From assembly GCA_037447605.1 (NCBI GenBank), contig CM074808.1, forward strand, positions 2,480,001 through 2,544,000: a stretch of 64,000 nt of DNA, read 5' to 3'. The translations under genes were made by a program, and so were the position numbers. Below the pieces are notes generated by a model, which was given only the letters and a program-made list of their open reading frames with translations, was not told where the DNA came from and did not search any database. Below are positions 12,564-25,123 of the stretch, piece after piece; positions within the stretch are counted from its first letter, which is position 1; each line of letters begins with the position of its first letter. Origin of the DNA: Zygnema circumcarinatum SAG 698-1b. Its lineage: Eukaryota > Plantae > Zygnematophyceae.

Positions 12564-15416
12564 TTACATGAAACCAGCCTCAGCATCACCTCGTTCATAT
12601 GGTTCCGCCTGCATGACCAGGGGACTCACTCTGGCTCGTTGTTCATGTGCAAGATTGTAATCCACCGGCTCAGCGGCAATGGCAGTCTCCACACCATTGT
12701 CGTTTGTCTTTCCGCGGAAAACCCCATCGTCCCTTGCCTGAATTGCTGTAACAACCAGTGGGATTCTGGGCAAGCCTACTTTCAAATGTGGAAGCTCTTC
12801 TCCTTGAAAGGATAACCTGTTCAGGCGTAGAGGCACCAGGTCGACCGTCTCCATGCTGGCGAATTGAACCACTGCATGACTGAGCATAGAAGCGACATAG
12901 GGCACTCAACAAACGTCAGACGGCTGTGCACAAAACTAAGAAAGTGTGTGCGCGTAATCGTGCTTCCACCCAGATTTGCAACCCACAATTTCGGACGAAA
13001 GTCAGCCCAAATAGATTTTCCAGAAAAGACAAGCGTTTTGCAGAATTTTTGCAGACATTGCTCATTGTTGCCAACTGAGTTCATGGACTGTAGAATTAAA
13101 ATGTGAAGTCAAGTTTGCCATTGTCTCACCCTTTCCGATATAGGATCTGCTCCACCGGCCCGAAAGCTTCCTCGAGTACAGGCTTCAGCTTCGACATCAG
13201 TTCCTGAGACCCCACCTGTGAAACCATCGACTGGAAGTACGGCGGTTATGATCATCCATGGGAACAATCCTCTCTAACTCAAAACCTAATGAAAAGCATT
13301 GGCTCAGCCTTGGCCATACAATCTCGACCAGGTAGACTCTGCGATAACCCACAAACACTAAAGAGAACTTTCCACAAGCTATCCCCCCCTCCCTCCACCC
13401 TTCCCAAAGACCATCCCCCCACTCCAGACCACCTTTTTCCAACTATTGCATCTTCAACCACCAAGCATTGAGTCCAAGTGCTTCAAGCTCAGCCCTTCGT
13501 CTCTCCCTAGGAAGACCCAACATCTGCGAAGCTCTTTGCTCTCTCAGGCTGACATCAGAGTACCTCATCAGCAGAATCTCACCTGCAGGGTGCTGGGCAT
13601 AGGGCCGTCAAAAAAGCAACTATGCAGGCGAACCACCTGCGGTGATACGGCAAACTGCAGCGCCTCTGCAGAAACGTCCAGCTTGCCTGCCTCCACCAGC
13701 CTGCAACATGAATTGCCCCCTCATGCATAAACATTTAATATTGCTTTGCCTCCCGAATTCGGAAGTCTGCCACAACAGCAAACTCAGTGGGGGCGTGCAG
13801 TGCGCATATTGACGTGATCACGTCAACCATCAAAGTCACAATCACCGTTACCCACCTTTTTGCAGACTCAGCGCTTTCCATCCTCAGAACTATTCGGCCC
13901 ATTCTTAGCTCTCCGCGGATATCTTCAACTGGGCCAAAATCTGCTGCTGCCGCAGCTATGAATGGTTTGATAGTCTCCACATTCATATTCACAACCACCT
14001 CACGCGTTTCACGTTCTCTACACGCCAATTGAGCATTTTTCTGCTCATTCCTTGCAGTCGCCTTTCCTGCAGCTTTAGCCTCTTCTGCCGCTTTCTGCAG
14101 TGCCAACTCGAAACACAAGGCTCAAATAGCTGTTAGGGCTAAGCCAGATTGTCGTAAAAAGGCAGATCTGCATAACACTTGAAACACCTGCCACCTGACG
14201 CTTCACAAAGTCCATCCGTGGATGCAGGGTCTGCACCAAACCACGGACAATGACATATGTGTAAACAAAAGTGACTATTCTTTCTTTGTTTCATGCTCGA
14301 CTACATCTGACTGAGCTCTGGTGAATACTTCCTGACAGCAATTATAAACCTGGTCCAAAGTAATACAGAGCCACCTGAACACCAGCTTACTTGTTTTGGT
14401 TGTGAGAGTTTTTGTGTTCAAGTCACTTCACGCGGCACATGCTTAACAAAGGCGCATCCACAAAACCCAGAAGGACAAAATGGCAGGAGCTTTGTCCAAG
14501 GTTTTTCCACAGACAGAAAAGACGGCATAGAGAGAAAAAAACAGGGTCCGCAACCTGGAGAAAGCAGGAGAAGATGCTTTTGGAGACGTCCTATACAGAA
14601 CTTCAAACATCCGACATAAACCACAATAGTTGAACATACATCAATTTTCACTGAAAACATCAAGGTGCGCTTTAAAAAAAACTTAAGGGATTTTCAGAAC
14701 GTATTTGCAGGAGCAGCTGCTATACAACAAGGCCTTCAACCATGACAGAACAAAGCCACATTTCAAAACGCTTCACCAGCATCCATTGAGTGGATCACAA
14801 GCACGCTCAGCATTAAGTGGATCCACACGCAGTCCCCTCTTCAAAGGTTCATAGGCTGACCAATTCTGCACCTAAAATTACGGAAGTTTCTGTTCGGATT
14901 CACAATACCCTTATTTTATATAGCTGTCACCGATGCTATTTTCCATCTGCTCAATAGCAAAGAATGCATAATGCACGAGCACGCCTTGATGCATTCATAT
15001 CGACCTGGAGTTTGGCCTACCTGCAGTGCCTCAATTTCCGCGTATTTTTCCGACATTGCCTTCGTTAGCCCTCTCTGAATCTCCTCCTTCAGCCGTGCTG
15101 TTGCCAGTCGTTCACGTTTCAGAGACCTTTTCTGCGCTTCAATGGCGGCTCTCTTCGCCTGATCCTCCTCCTTCTTCAAGCGCTTCCGCTCTTGGGCTTC
15201 TTTCACGCGCGCTTCGTGCTCAAGCTGCCTCCTCCGCTTCTTCGCGAGCAGCATGTGCTCTGCCGTTGAGGGACCGCCATCGACACATTCTGTCGCCGCC
15301 TCTGCAGGCGTAAGAATCTCTCCAAGCGGTCTGCCAGGAGCTGCATCTCCCTCACTTCGATGAGATGCATGGCCGGCATCAGCATGTGCAGGGGCCGGCT
15401 GGCTCGCGTCCATCAT
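12564..15416 (-). CDS. Hypothetical multi-exon protein: charged coiled-coil N-terminus and two FGPVE-containing RRM-like segments
   Basis: Long ORF pieces at 14916-15416 (K/E/R-rich helix, donor after ALQ), 13735-14118 (ADFGPVEDI), ~13130-13200 (EAFGPVEQI) and 12564-12905. Exon structure only partly resolved. Confidence 0.55.
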
Positions 15417-15909
15417 CGCTACTACCGAAAAAACAGAGCAGGTTGAGGTAAAAAGAAATTAAAGATTTTGGCTTCTCAAAGAAAACAAAAACTTTCAAAA
15501 GCAGTTTCTCTTAAAAAAAGACCTTGTATTTGTGAACACGATTCATTTTGAGAAACGAGAGATGAATTCCTAGTGTTTTTTTTCTCAATACAGTTTTTAT
15601 GAAGAACCAGTTGAAAGTTGAACGTGTTCAGTTCGCGTTTTCCTTGGGTCCACTGTTCAACAATGAGATTTTAGCGGATCGCAAGCGCGTGGACCCGGAG
15701 GTCCGTACACAAAATGTGGATCGATTCGCGTGGAGAGTCATACTGTACGGAACACGGATCCTCGAATCGCACGGAACCAACGTGGCAAAAACTGGAATCC
15801 ACAAAAAATGAAAAAAAAAAAATCGACCTTGAGTGTTCAAAGTTCAACCCTACTCAATAAGATTGAGAATTGAGAAATTAAGTAAACTGCTAGGGTAAAT
15901 TTCATTGGA

Positions 15910-15993
15910 CTCACGATGGCGAGGCCATCAAATGTACATGGACAAAAGCATGATGTAGAACCACGAGGGACTGGTCGCAAAGGACCTAAGCAC
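15910..15993 (+). repeat. Dispersed ~85-bp repeat, copy 1
   Basis: ctcacgatggcgaggccatcaaatgtacatggacaaaa...ggaccta; related copies at 27375, 47222 and 49225. Confidence 0.8.
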
Positions 15994-17356
15994 AATAGAA
16001 AGAAGCTAAGGGCGGAAAACCACGGAGCGGAAAATTAAGTAAACTCGTTTCTTAATTTCTCAACGTGCTCGGTTTTGCGGTAGTGGGGCGCCGTCAAATC
16101 AAAGCACTGCCCTTTCTTGCAGTGGCATTGGGCCTTCAGCTGCAGCCCCCCAGCCTTCCTCAACTCGGCAACTTGGACCCATGCATGCATGCATGCTTGG
16201 GCTGGGGGAGCTTTGGACTCGCCTACGCCTCAACATTGATGTGCAGTGTGCGCCTTGGATTGACATCAACGATTTTTTATAGAATCAAAATTTTTTGATT
16301 CTGAGTCCGATATCAGGTTTGCCATCCGCTCGAAAGTGGCTCCCACTACCCCTTTTCCAAGGCAGCCTCAAAATCTGATTCTTCAGACTGGATTCTAACT
16401 AGAATCTCGAAGGACATTTCCAAGGATCCGCAGGAATCCTACTCACGATCTCTACCGAATCTGGACACTTCTGCCCGGACCCTGCGGTCGTATCTGATAC
16501 CACCAAATCGTATCCCATTGATCACAAAAGATTGTGTCGTACGGTCGCCACAAGCGACCAGACTCTGGTCGCTTAATTACGACTATATAATCTATATTAT
16601 ATTATATAACTGTGACGACTAAATAACGGCTGTTATATAATAATTTACAACGCCTTTACAACATGTACGGTCGTACGGTCGTACGACTGTACGGTATTAT
16701 GCGGTGAAGACAGAGTGAACCAGACGGACGCATTTCGCAACGCCAACGCCAAAACGACCTAATGTTGGTATGGTACGACCGTACGAGTACGGTCGTACGG
16801 TCGTTAATTGTTCAAAACGAGTGGGTATAATATATGTAATAAAGTGTTTTACTTTGTACTATATTACTACTTTTAAATCCCGTTGTAAAGTATATAATAT
16901 AGTCGGACTTTATAACGCGGGCCATCCCTAGACCAGAGAGAGCCGCAAATCCGTTGCACGCCGCTCCATGCACATACACAAGCCGTCGGAGGACACGGAA
17001 CGGTCGCACGGAGGCGCGACGTGGCCGCGGCGGGCGGGCGGGTGCCTGGCCCGGGGCCCCGGCCAGGTGCGGCCGTGGTTGCGCGCGGCCCACGCCGCCC
17101 GCCCGCCGAGGGCCACGTCGCCCTCGCAGCCCGCTCCCCCCCCCCGCCCTCATAGAGCCTCCCGCCCCTCCGCCGCCACGCTCGGCCAACTCTGCTTGCG
17201 ACGCGCACTGCATCCCCCGCCCTCCTCTACAGCCTGCTCTACCCCCCCGCCTCCATACCTCCCTACCTCCCTACCTCCTTACCTCCCCCCCTCCCTCCCT
17301 CCCTCCCCTAAGGCCTCGTCCTGCGTTTGTTGCTCGTTAGGCGGAGGAAGGGCGCT

Positions 17357-20300
17357 ATGGCGGAGGCCAACGGGAACGGGCACATCCACGCGAACGGGGA
17401 TGCCAAGCGGTCGACCTTCGCAGTGAAGGCCGGGCTGGCGCAGATGCTGAAGGGCGGCGTGATTATGGACGTGGTGGATGTTGAGCAGGCGCGCATCGCG
17501 GAGGAGGCGGGCGCTGTCGCCGGTAAGCTTGTTGCTGCTGTTGGAGGAGTTCGAACCCTTGGGAATGGCTTTTGTCGGGTTGGGCGTGTCTTAGTGGTGA
17601 AGCCTGCAAAAAGTTGCTGCAGTTGAGAGTGAACTTGGGGTTTCATGTCGGAGCTCTTAGCAATTGCGGTTCTGTTTGTTGTAGCCGGGTTTATTTTGCA
17701 TTATAGAAGGCAAAAAAATGTTGTCCTTCTTATTGTGAGGGGTCTGTGGATGCAGTTATGGCTCTCGAGAGGGTTCCAGCTGACATCAGAAAGGAAGGAG
17801 GTGTGGCACGCATGAGCGACCCGACTATGATTAAGGAAATCAAAGCAGCCGTGACTATTCCTGTAATGGCCAAGGTATGCACTATTAGTCTCATTTGGAC
17901 TCACTCTTACTTGCACCTTGAAGTGTCTTTCTGCTTTGGAATTAGAGTTCTGCAAGTGTGAACCGTCTGTCTGTCGTCTGTCTCTCTGCTCGCCTTTGTA
18001 GAGCGAGTTATTCGGCCTGTTGATGTTCTAATCGTTCGGGGCTTAGAACTTGACAAACAAACACTCATTATAGAAATCTTCTGCAGTGAATGGATTGGTT
18101 TTTCAATTTAAAATACTCGATGTTATTAAAAATTGGCTTTCCGGTTTTCAACTGACTCATTCGTCGCGGGTGGATAATGGCCTTCGGGGTACAGGCACGA
18201 ATAGGTCATTTTGTGGAAGCACAAATATTGGAGGCAATTGGCGTTGATTACATTGATGAAAGTGAAGTTCTTACTCCAGCTGATGATGTCCATCACATCA
18301 ACAAGCACAATTTCTCTGTGCCCTATGTTTGTGGGTGCCGTGACTTGGGAGAGGCTTTACGTCGTATAGCTGAAGGAGCTGCAATGATTCGCACAAAGGG
18401 TGAGGCTGGAACTGGAGACATTGTGGAGGCAGTCAGGCACGTGCGAGCAGTGCAAGGCGAGATTCGCCGCCTAGTGGGCATGGATGAGGACGAGCTCTAT
18501 GTGTATGCCAAGGAGGTGAGGATGAGTTCAAGTTGCGGCTTCTGACTGCTGGATTAGCGCTTGGGAAAGGGACTTGTGGACTCGGGCCTACCTATCCTCG
18601 TAAACGTTCGACTTGCCCGTTGTTGCGTTTCATTGGCCTAGTTTGGTTCGGGGTCTTTTTTTTAATTTTTTGGAGATTCTCAATAAGTAATGGCTGGAGA
18701 CTGTGGGAAAGGTAGCAACCGTTCTTCGTGTGGTTTTGGATGGGTATAGGGACACTTCAAATAAAATACAAAGGAGATGTTGGTATCCTTGCTCTATTTA
18801 ATGATTATGGCCCTCTGTGGCAGTATAGTCAGCTCGGAGAACAAAATTGAGATGTCTTAACGCCTGTACATTTTCTGTTGTGTCAGATTCGAGCGCCATT
18901 TGACCTGGTGAAGCAGTGCAAGCAGTTAGGTCGCCTCCCAGTCGTCAACTTCGCCGCCGGTGGAGGTGTGCTTGACTTGCCTAGCGTCCATACCACTTTT
19001 GTTGTCGCCCTCTGGTCAGTCAAAGTCATTTAGGTAGAGGGAGCAGTAAGTCTACCGAGTCTCCTTAAAACTTAGCTTGGTGCCGGCTATGGGGACTTCA
19101 CTTAGTCATGATTTGAAATTGATATACGTTCAAAACACAGGTTGTATGGAGGTTAGTTTTTAAGTATTGTGAAGTCTAGACAGTGTATTCAATCAGTTTC
19201 CTACTGGTGTAATTTCAGAACACTAATGTATCTGATTTAGTGCAGAGAAATGGGAGTTGTAAATTTGGTTTGCATTTGAGCTTCCAAAACTTGTGTACCC
19301 ATATCTTTTCCTTTTCATTCCAGTCCAAAGACTAGGCTGTTTTCTCGTTGGTTTTAGCTTGATAGCGTCTGTCAATTGTTTAGCAATAGTTTGTATGGGT
19401 ATCGTGTTAACTGGTCGATTTCCTTTGTGTCTGCAGTGGCAACGCCAGCAGATGCGGCCCTCATGATGCAGATGGGCTGTGATGGTGTGTTCGTTGGCTC
19501 GGTGAGCTCCTACACTTTTGTGTTTTGGTTGTAAGGATATCTGTTCTTGGGCATTTGTATTGCACCTGTGGAGCTGCTGCAAAGTCTTTGAGCAGAGGCT
19601 AACAGTGGTCGTGTCAAGCTTGCAGGGCATATTCAAGAGTGGAAACCCTGCGAAGAGAGCACGGGCGATTGTGGAAGCTGTTACTCATTTCAACGGTGAG
19701 TTCATGAAAGCAATCCTCAGCCAGGGGTAAGACAGTGTATCGGCGGTTTATGAGCATTGAAATACATGGTGGGCTAGGATGTTGCTAGAGACCGCATTGG
19801 CATGGTGAGAGTTAATAGTAGACTTTGAAATTGGTTAAAATGAAATCACTCTAGCTTCCGGCTTAATGAGCTGCACAAATGAATATACTCATCTACACCT
19901 TCGGCATGAGCTGTGTTGAGATAGCCCGACAGGGATTGACAGGGGCAGTTATGGGATTCATTGCTCTCGTATTTATGCGGCAACGGGCCCATCATTAGAC
20001 AGGAATAGGCTCTACAGAGTCCGCTTGTCAGAGTTGCATTAGACTGCACACAATGGAGGCCACACAACGGCTTGATCCTTTGCTTTGTGGGGTTGATTTA
20101 CACCTTGCTTCTGCTCAGTAGGCAAAAATAAGGCCCAGTTTACTAGTGGGTTCTTGTGGAGGATCATTCTGGCTTGTATTCTGGGATGCTTTTTCGGGTT
20201 TCTGATAGCCGCTTAGAAAAAGCTTTCCTTTTCGGAAGTCAATCAACGCTGCTTCAAAACTGTTGGCTTATGAGGAACTATATTCTGCATTGCTTTGCTA

Positions 20301-20401
20301 CAGACCCGAAAGTGCTCGCTGAAGTCAGCTGCGGCCTCGGTGAAGCGATGGTGGGCATCAACTGCAAGTTTGGCGAGAAGTACTCGTTGAGATCGGAGTA
20401 A
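17357..20401 (+). CDS. PDX1: Pyridoxal 5'-phosphate synthase subunit PDX1
   Basis: Exons 17357-17522, 17756-17874, 18195-18515, 18887-18965, 19437-19501, 19626-19695, 20304-20401. Motifs [86 protein letters not shown]. Confidence 0.97.
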
Positions 20402-22590
20402 CCGCGAGCCAAACCGAGTACTTGCGGCTAGTTTTTGTGTTTAGAATCGAGTTTACTTTACTATTGGGCAGCAAATGTAGCTTTATGGAAGTCAGGTGAA
20501 TGGAGTATATTGGAGTACAGTGATCGAGCTTTCCTGTGGCTCCAAAACGGTACATGGGGAGTACACATTGGCTTTCGCGAGGTTCTCGCATCAGCTGTGA
20601 AAGGAAAGATGGAGTTAGAGTTATGGTGGTGTAAAGGCGTGGAGGAGACATTGCTATTTGAAATCGTATTGTATTGGAAGTGCTACTATGGTGCGTGTGA
20701 ATGTCTGATGCTTTGCGTGCAATTTTTGGCTGGCTATGGAGTAGCAGCCGTGTGTCGGCTGTCGTGCCTCTTGGTGCTGTGGTTGGGGGAGCTCGCCCAC
20801 ACAACGTCTCGCTGTAAGGCGTGAACTTCCATTATGGTGGGGCTAAGGGCGTGTTAACGATGACGATAACTGGAAATTATTCCTGTCAGTTAACTAGTCG
20901 TACGTGCGGAGATCTAAACAGATAAGGTTCATTTTTATAGACAGATACAAAGTTGTAGATTTCACACTGAAGAGAAGGGCATGTGCGGATCTAAAACTGT
21001 ATATCAGACTACTTATAGAAAGTGGGCAGAAAGCCTTCCTCGTTCAATTCATCCACTTAACAGGCATGCCTCTCTGGACCACTCTGCCAAAAGAGGGACG
21101 GAAAGTGACGGTTTATTATCCGACAGATCTGACAATTTTCACATCACCACTGTGATTTTAGAATACGAACAGCATATGGAGATTGATTTGTATGCCTAAC
21201 ATCTGTAGACACATATCAGGACGGAGGCAGAAAAACTCCGCTCATTATGCAATAGCATCCTTCCCTTTCTATGTAGCAACAACTAGCGAGTAGCTTCAAG
21301 TCAACCACCGAGGTCAACAAAAAGAAATAAAGGTACGGAAGAGACTTTTGAACGTTAAAATCTTCAAATCCGTACAAGAAAATTTTGAAATTTGAAATTC
21401 ATTTCAAATGATAAAATTTCAAACTGATTTTAGCTGTCGTAAAACATGTAGATGGAGAAATGAAAGACTCGTACCAACACTGAAGAAAGCACCAAAACCC
21501 TCATAGACAACTTTAAATACATGACAGGACAGTGACAAGAGATCAGAGCCGCAATAAACCTCACCAAACATCAAATTTCCATTTTAATCAAAGTTTAGTC
21601 CGGATAAGAACACTTCACTCACCCAAACATCATATCAGCGCAAAGAAAACCTTTATTTCTTGCAAATACTATGATTTTTTTAACTTCACAAAGTCAATTC
21701 TGTCCACAAGCATGACAATTACAAAAAGCAGGCTGCCCTAGCCCTAGCGCCTCAGCGCACCGTTTGCATAGCTAACGAGCCGCATTCCTAAACTAGGTGA
21801 AAAAGACGTTGTGCTTTAAGCCATTCTGGAGGCGAGCGCTTGCCTGGCTATCTGCTTCTGTGCACTACCCACAAATCCTCTACGCCGTCCATAATTGTGC
21901 CAAATTCGACAACCACCGTACTAATTGCACATTGGAATGAATACCTGTCACTGAACGCCCTTTCCAGCATTGACCTTTTCAAACAATAAGATTGCGAGTC
22001 CTGCTCAAGGACTCAAAGAAGAGAAGTAAAAAATTTAAGAAATTACTTCCAGCAAATAGCTTTTGCATAGACTGAGCATGTGATGTACCTACACCCCTTC
22101 TTTTGTCCAAAAGAGATAACAAATCACACCCCAAAAATGAGCCTCGCCACCAAAACCTGCATGTGCTGCTTGGGAGTTGGCGGCTGAAGGCAACCTCCAC
22201 CCTTCCTCACCCTCAGCCGCCCGCCTGCTGCTTGCGGCGGTAACATTCCGGACATCCGTGCGACGAGTGATCCTTCCCAAAGTCTGCGCACTTGGGTGCC
22301 AGGGGACCATCCGGGGTGAAAACTTTCACTGTGGTGGGAGGATAATTCTTTGGCCTGGAATACAGATTTAGCAAGCAAGAAAGGGGTCAGATGCAAGTGG
22401 CTCTTTAAAAGGAGTAGAAAGCATATTTGCATCTGCATCAACATGTGATATGGATGCAGCCACACAACGATTCCCTCTAACAAGCTTATGTTTGGGGAGA
22501 CAGAAGAAGAGCATGGAAGGGAAGATGACGGACCAAGTAGCTCCACAGGACCTAAAGCAACAACCAATACCACCCGAAATAAACGATCCT

Positions 22591-23502
22591 CTATATCGCC
22601 TTACTGAAAATAGTTTTCCCATGGAAATTACCCTCGTGCGACTCCGCAATCCAGCCCTTGAACAGAACTTGCCTGTCAGGTCGAATGAACTGTATTGTCG
22701 GTGGAAGACGTTTTCTGCTGCTAGGTACAAAATAGTATTTAAGCATTCCTGAATGGAACTCCTGACTTGGATGCCTGGCATACTCCCCGTTCACCTCCCC
22801 AAATTGCTGCAATGCCTGTATAAATTCAATGATAATAATTCCGGCAATCAGCTTTAAACATAATCTGCCTCTGGGGAACAGGCTAAATTCAGCAATAATC
22901 CTGAAGTGTGTCTGGCCGTCAAACAAAAACTAGAAGCAGAGGTAAAGCAGGACATGCAGATTCACAATCTACTCGAAACATCGGTGAGCAAAGAACCAGG
23001 GGCACTGAGCAAGCAGACAATATTGTAAATATGCAGAAAATCAAGGTACAACTAGGACCCTGTGTGTATTAAGTCTCACAAATAGTCTCAGCTTCTCCAT
23101 GTAAAGCTTCCTGGAAGGCAGCCCAAAAGGATGTATGCCTCTTACCTGCTTGACAAATGGATACAGCTCCAAAGGTGTTCCACTAACGCCAACCCAATAC
23201 AAACCCCTAACATCTTCCTCCAGACAAGGCCTTGTTGACACCTCCTGATTCTCCCACTTAAAGGGGGCCCTAGCTAAAGATTTCTTCATGGATGCCTCTG
23301 ATACAAATTGTACAACTGCAAAGCCCCCCAGCAGAAGGAAGAGATTTAATTCGCAGCGGCAAACCCTCACTACAACTCGAACTCGCCCGTAAAAACGATT
23401 CTTCACTGACTGCTTAGCTGCCCCGTGGTAAGAACTGTCTTCACCGTCTACACTCGTGCCATCCCCCTTCATAGACTTGACAGGATCGGACCAAAAGCTC
23501 AT
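22591..23502 (-). CDS. Spliced DUF4283 / LINE ORF1p-like RRM protein; 5' end uncertain
   Basis: An intron at 23145-22816 (GTAAGA...TACAG) joins ...AVVQFVSEASMKKSLARAPFKWENQEVSTRP...LYWVGVSGTPLELYPFVKQ to ALQQFGEV..., which matches the DUF4283 pattern by eye. Confidence 0.5.
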
Positions 23503-24777
23503 GAATCCAATTTTTCATGGAAAGAGGGTTTAGATAAGCAGTGAACGCAGGTTAAACTAAAGAGGCTATCAATTGGACTGGACCTGAGGTTTCAGCAACC
23601 ACCTCCTGGCATGGCAAAGATGAAGCAATGGAATGATTTCTCTAAACCCATGATCTCTCGAATTACAGGGTGCTCTGGAGAAGGAGCTGAATATGATGCG
23701 CATAACGAATCAGCAAATTACAGCCAGAGTCACTACCTGCGTCTCCTGCATAGGTAAATTCGATATGCTGCAGTGGATATGGGCACTGCATGTGCGATAA
23801 CTGCAGGTCCAGCCATCGCACTTTCTCCTGTGAAGTTGGATTACCCTGTGAGTGCAAAGAGGCAAAACACAAAAATCCTCAGAAGCATAAAAACTAAACA
23901 CAAAGAAAAGCGCAGATAACATCTGGCGTGATACGCTCTGCAGGCGGAAACCCAGTGCATGATCACGCGATAAAGAGAGCAAAATTCTGAAAATCGCTGA
24001 AAGAGAACCCAAGCAGGCACACCCCCTAACAAGGCTCTGTCTCCATGGAACTGATTGCAGTGAATTGCAGAAAAATCTTTACTCTGACAGCAAGATTTGC
24101 GAGGATCTTCAGCCTACCGATATTCTCGATAGCAGAACAACGCACTGTCTACTGGGCAGATACGAAACGGTCATATAATACGTCGGGTCTTCAAAATCTG
24201 TCAATTCTGGACTGCCTTCGAAGTGGTAGCCAGCCGTGGCCAGTCTACTGGTCACGGCTGACCCCACTAGCTCCCTAAGCTGCGCCAGCTTCGATGCCTG
24301 TACAACCCTCCCCGCCTATCCTGCTCCCGCCGCCGAGCCCACGGGCTCGATCCAGACCGCCCCTGCCCTATCTCGTCCTTCCGCCACTCCTCTTCCAGCC
24401 GCTGTACCCGCTTCCGAGATGCCACAGCCGCGTGACACAGAGAAGTCGCTGAGGGCGCGAGAGCGAGAGCGAGAGCGAAAAAAAGAGAGAGAGAAGAGAG
24501 AGAGATAGGCCGCTCGGCCGCGAGAGAGCCACAGAGCGAGTGAGTGAGAGCGCGAAACGGAGACGACGCACTGAGGCGATAAGGCGGCGCACTTCCTCTC
24601 CCTCTCTCCGCCGCCGCCGCGCCCCCAAGCCCGCCCGCCGCCGCATACGGCCCCGCCCGTACGGACCGCTGCCACGGGCGGACCGCGTCACGCGGCCACG
24701 TGGCGCTCTCCCGTTGGTGCGGCCACGCCGGCCCTGGCCCTCGCCCTTGCCCCCGCGCGCACGGCACGGCCCCTCGC

Positions 24778-25123
24778 GGGGAGGGGATGGGATGGGAGGG
24801 GAGGGTATGGGAGGGGATGGGATGGGAGGGGAGGGAGGGGATGGGAGGGGAGGGTGGGAGGGGAGGGTATGGGAGGGGATGGGAGGGGATGGGAGGGGAG
24901 GGGATGGGAGGGGATGGGAGGGGATGGGAGGGGAGGGGATGGGAGGGGATGGGAGGGGAGGGGAGGGGAGGGGATGGGAGATGGGAGGGGATGGGAGGGG
25001 AGGGTATGGGAGGGTATGGGAGGGGATGGGAGGGGATGGGAGGGGAGGGTATGGGAGGGGATGGGAGGGGATGGGATGGGAGGGTATGGGAGGGTATGGG
25101 AGGGGATGGGAGGGGAGGGGATG
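24778..25123. repeat. G-rich minisatellite, units GGGAGGGGAT / GGGAGGGGAG / GGGAGGGTAT
   Basis: Tandem ~5/10-bp units visible over ~345 bp. Confidence 0.95.
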
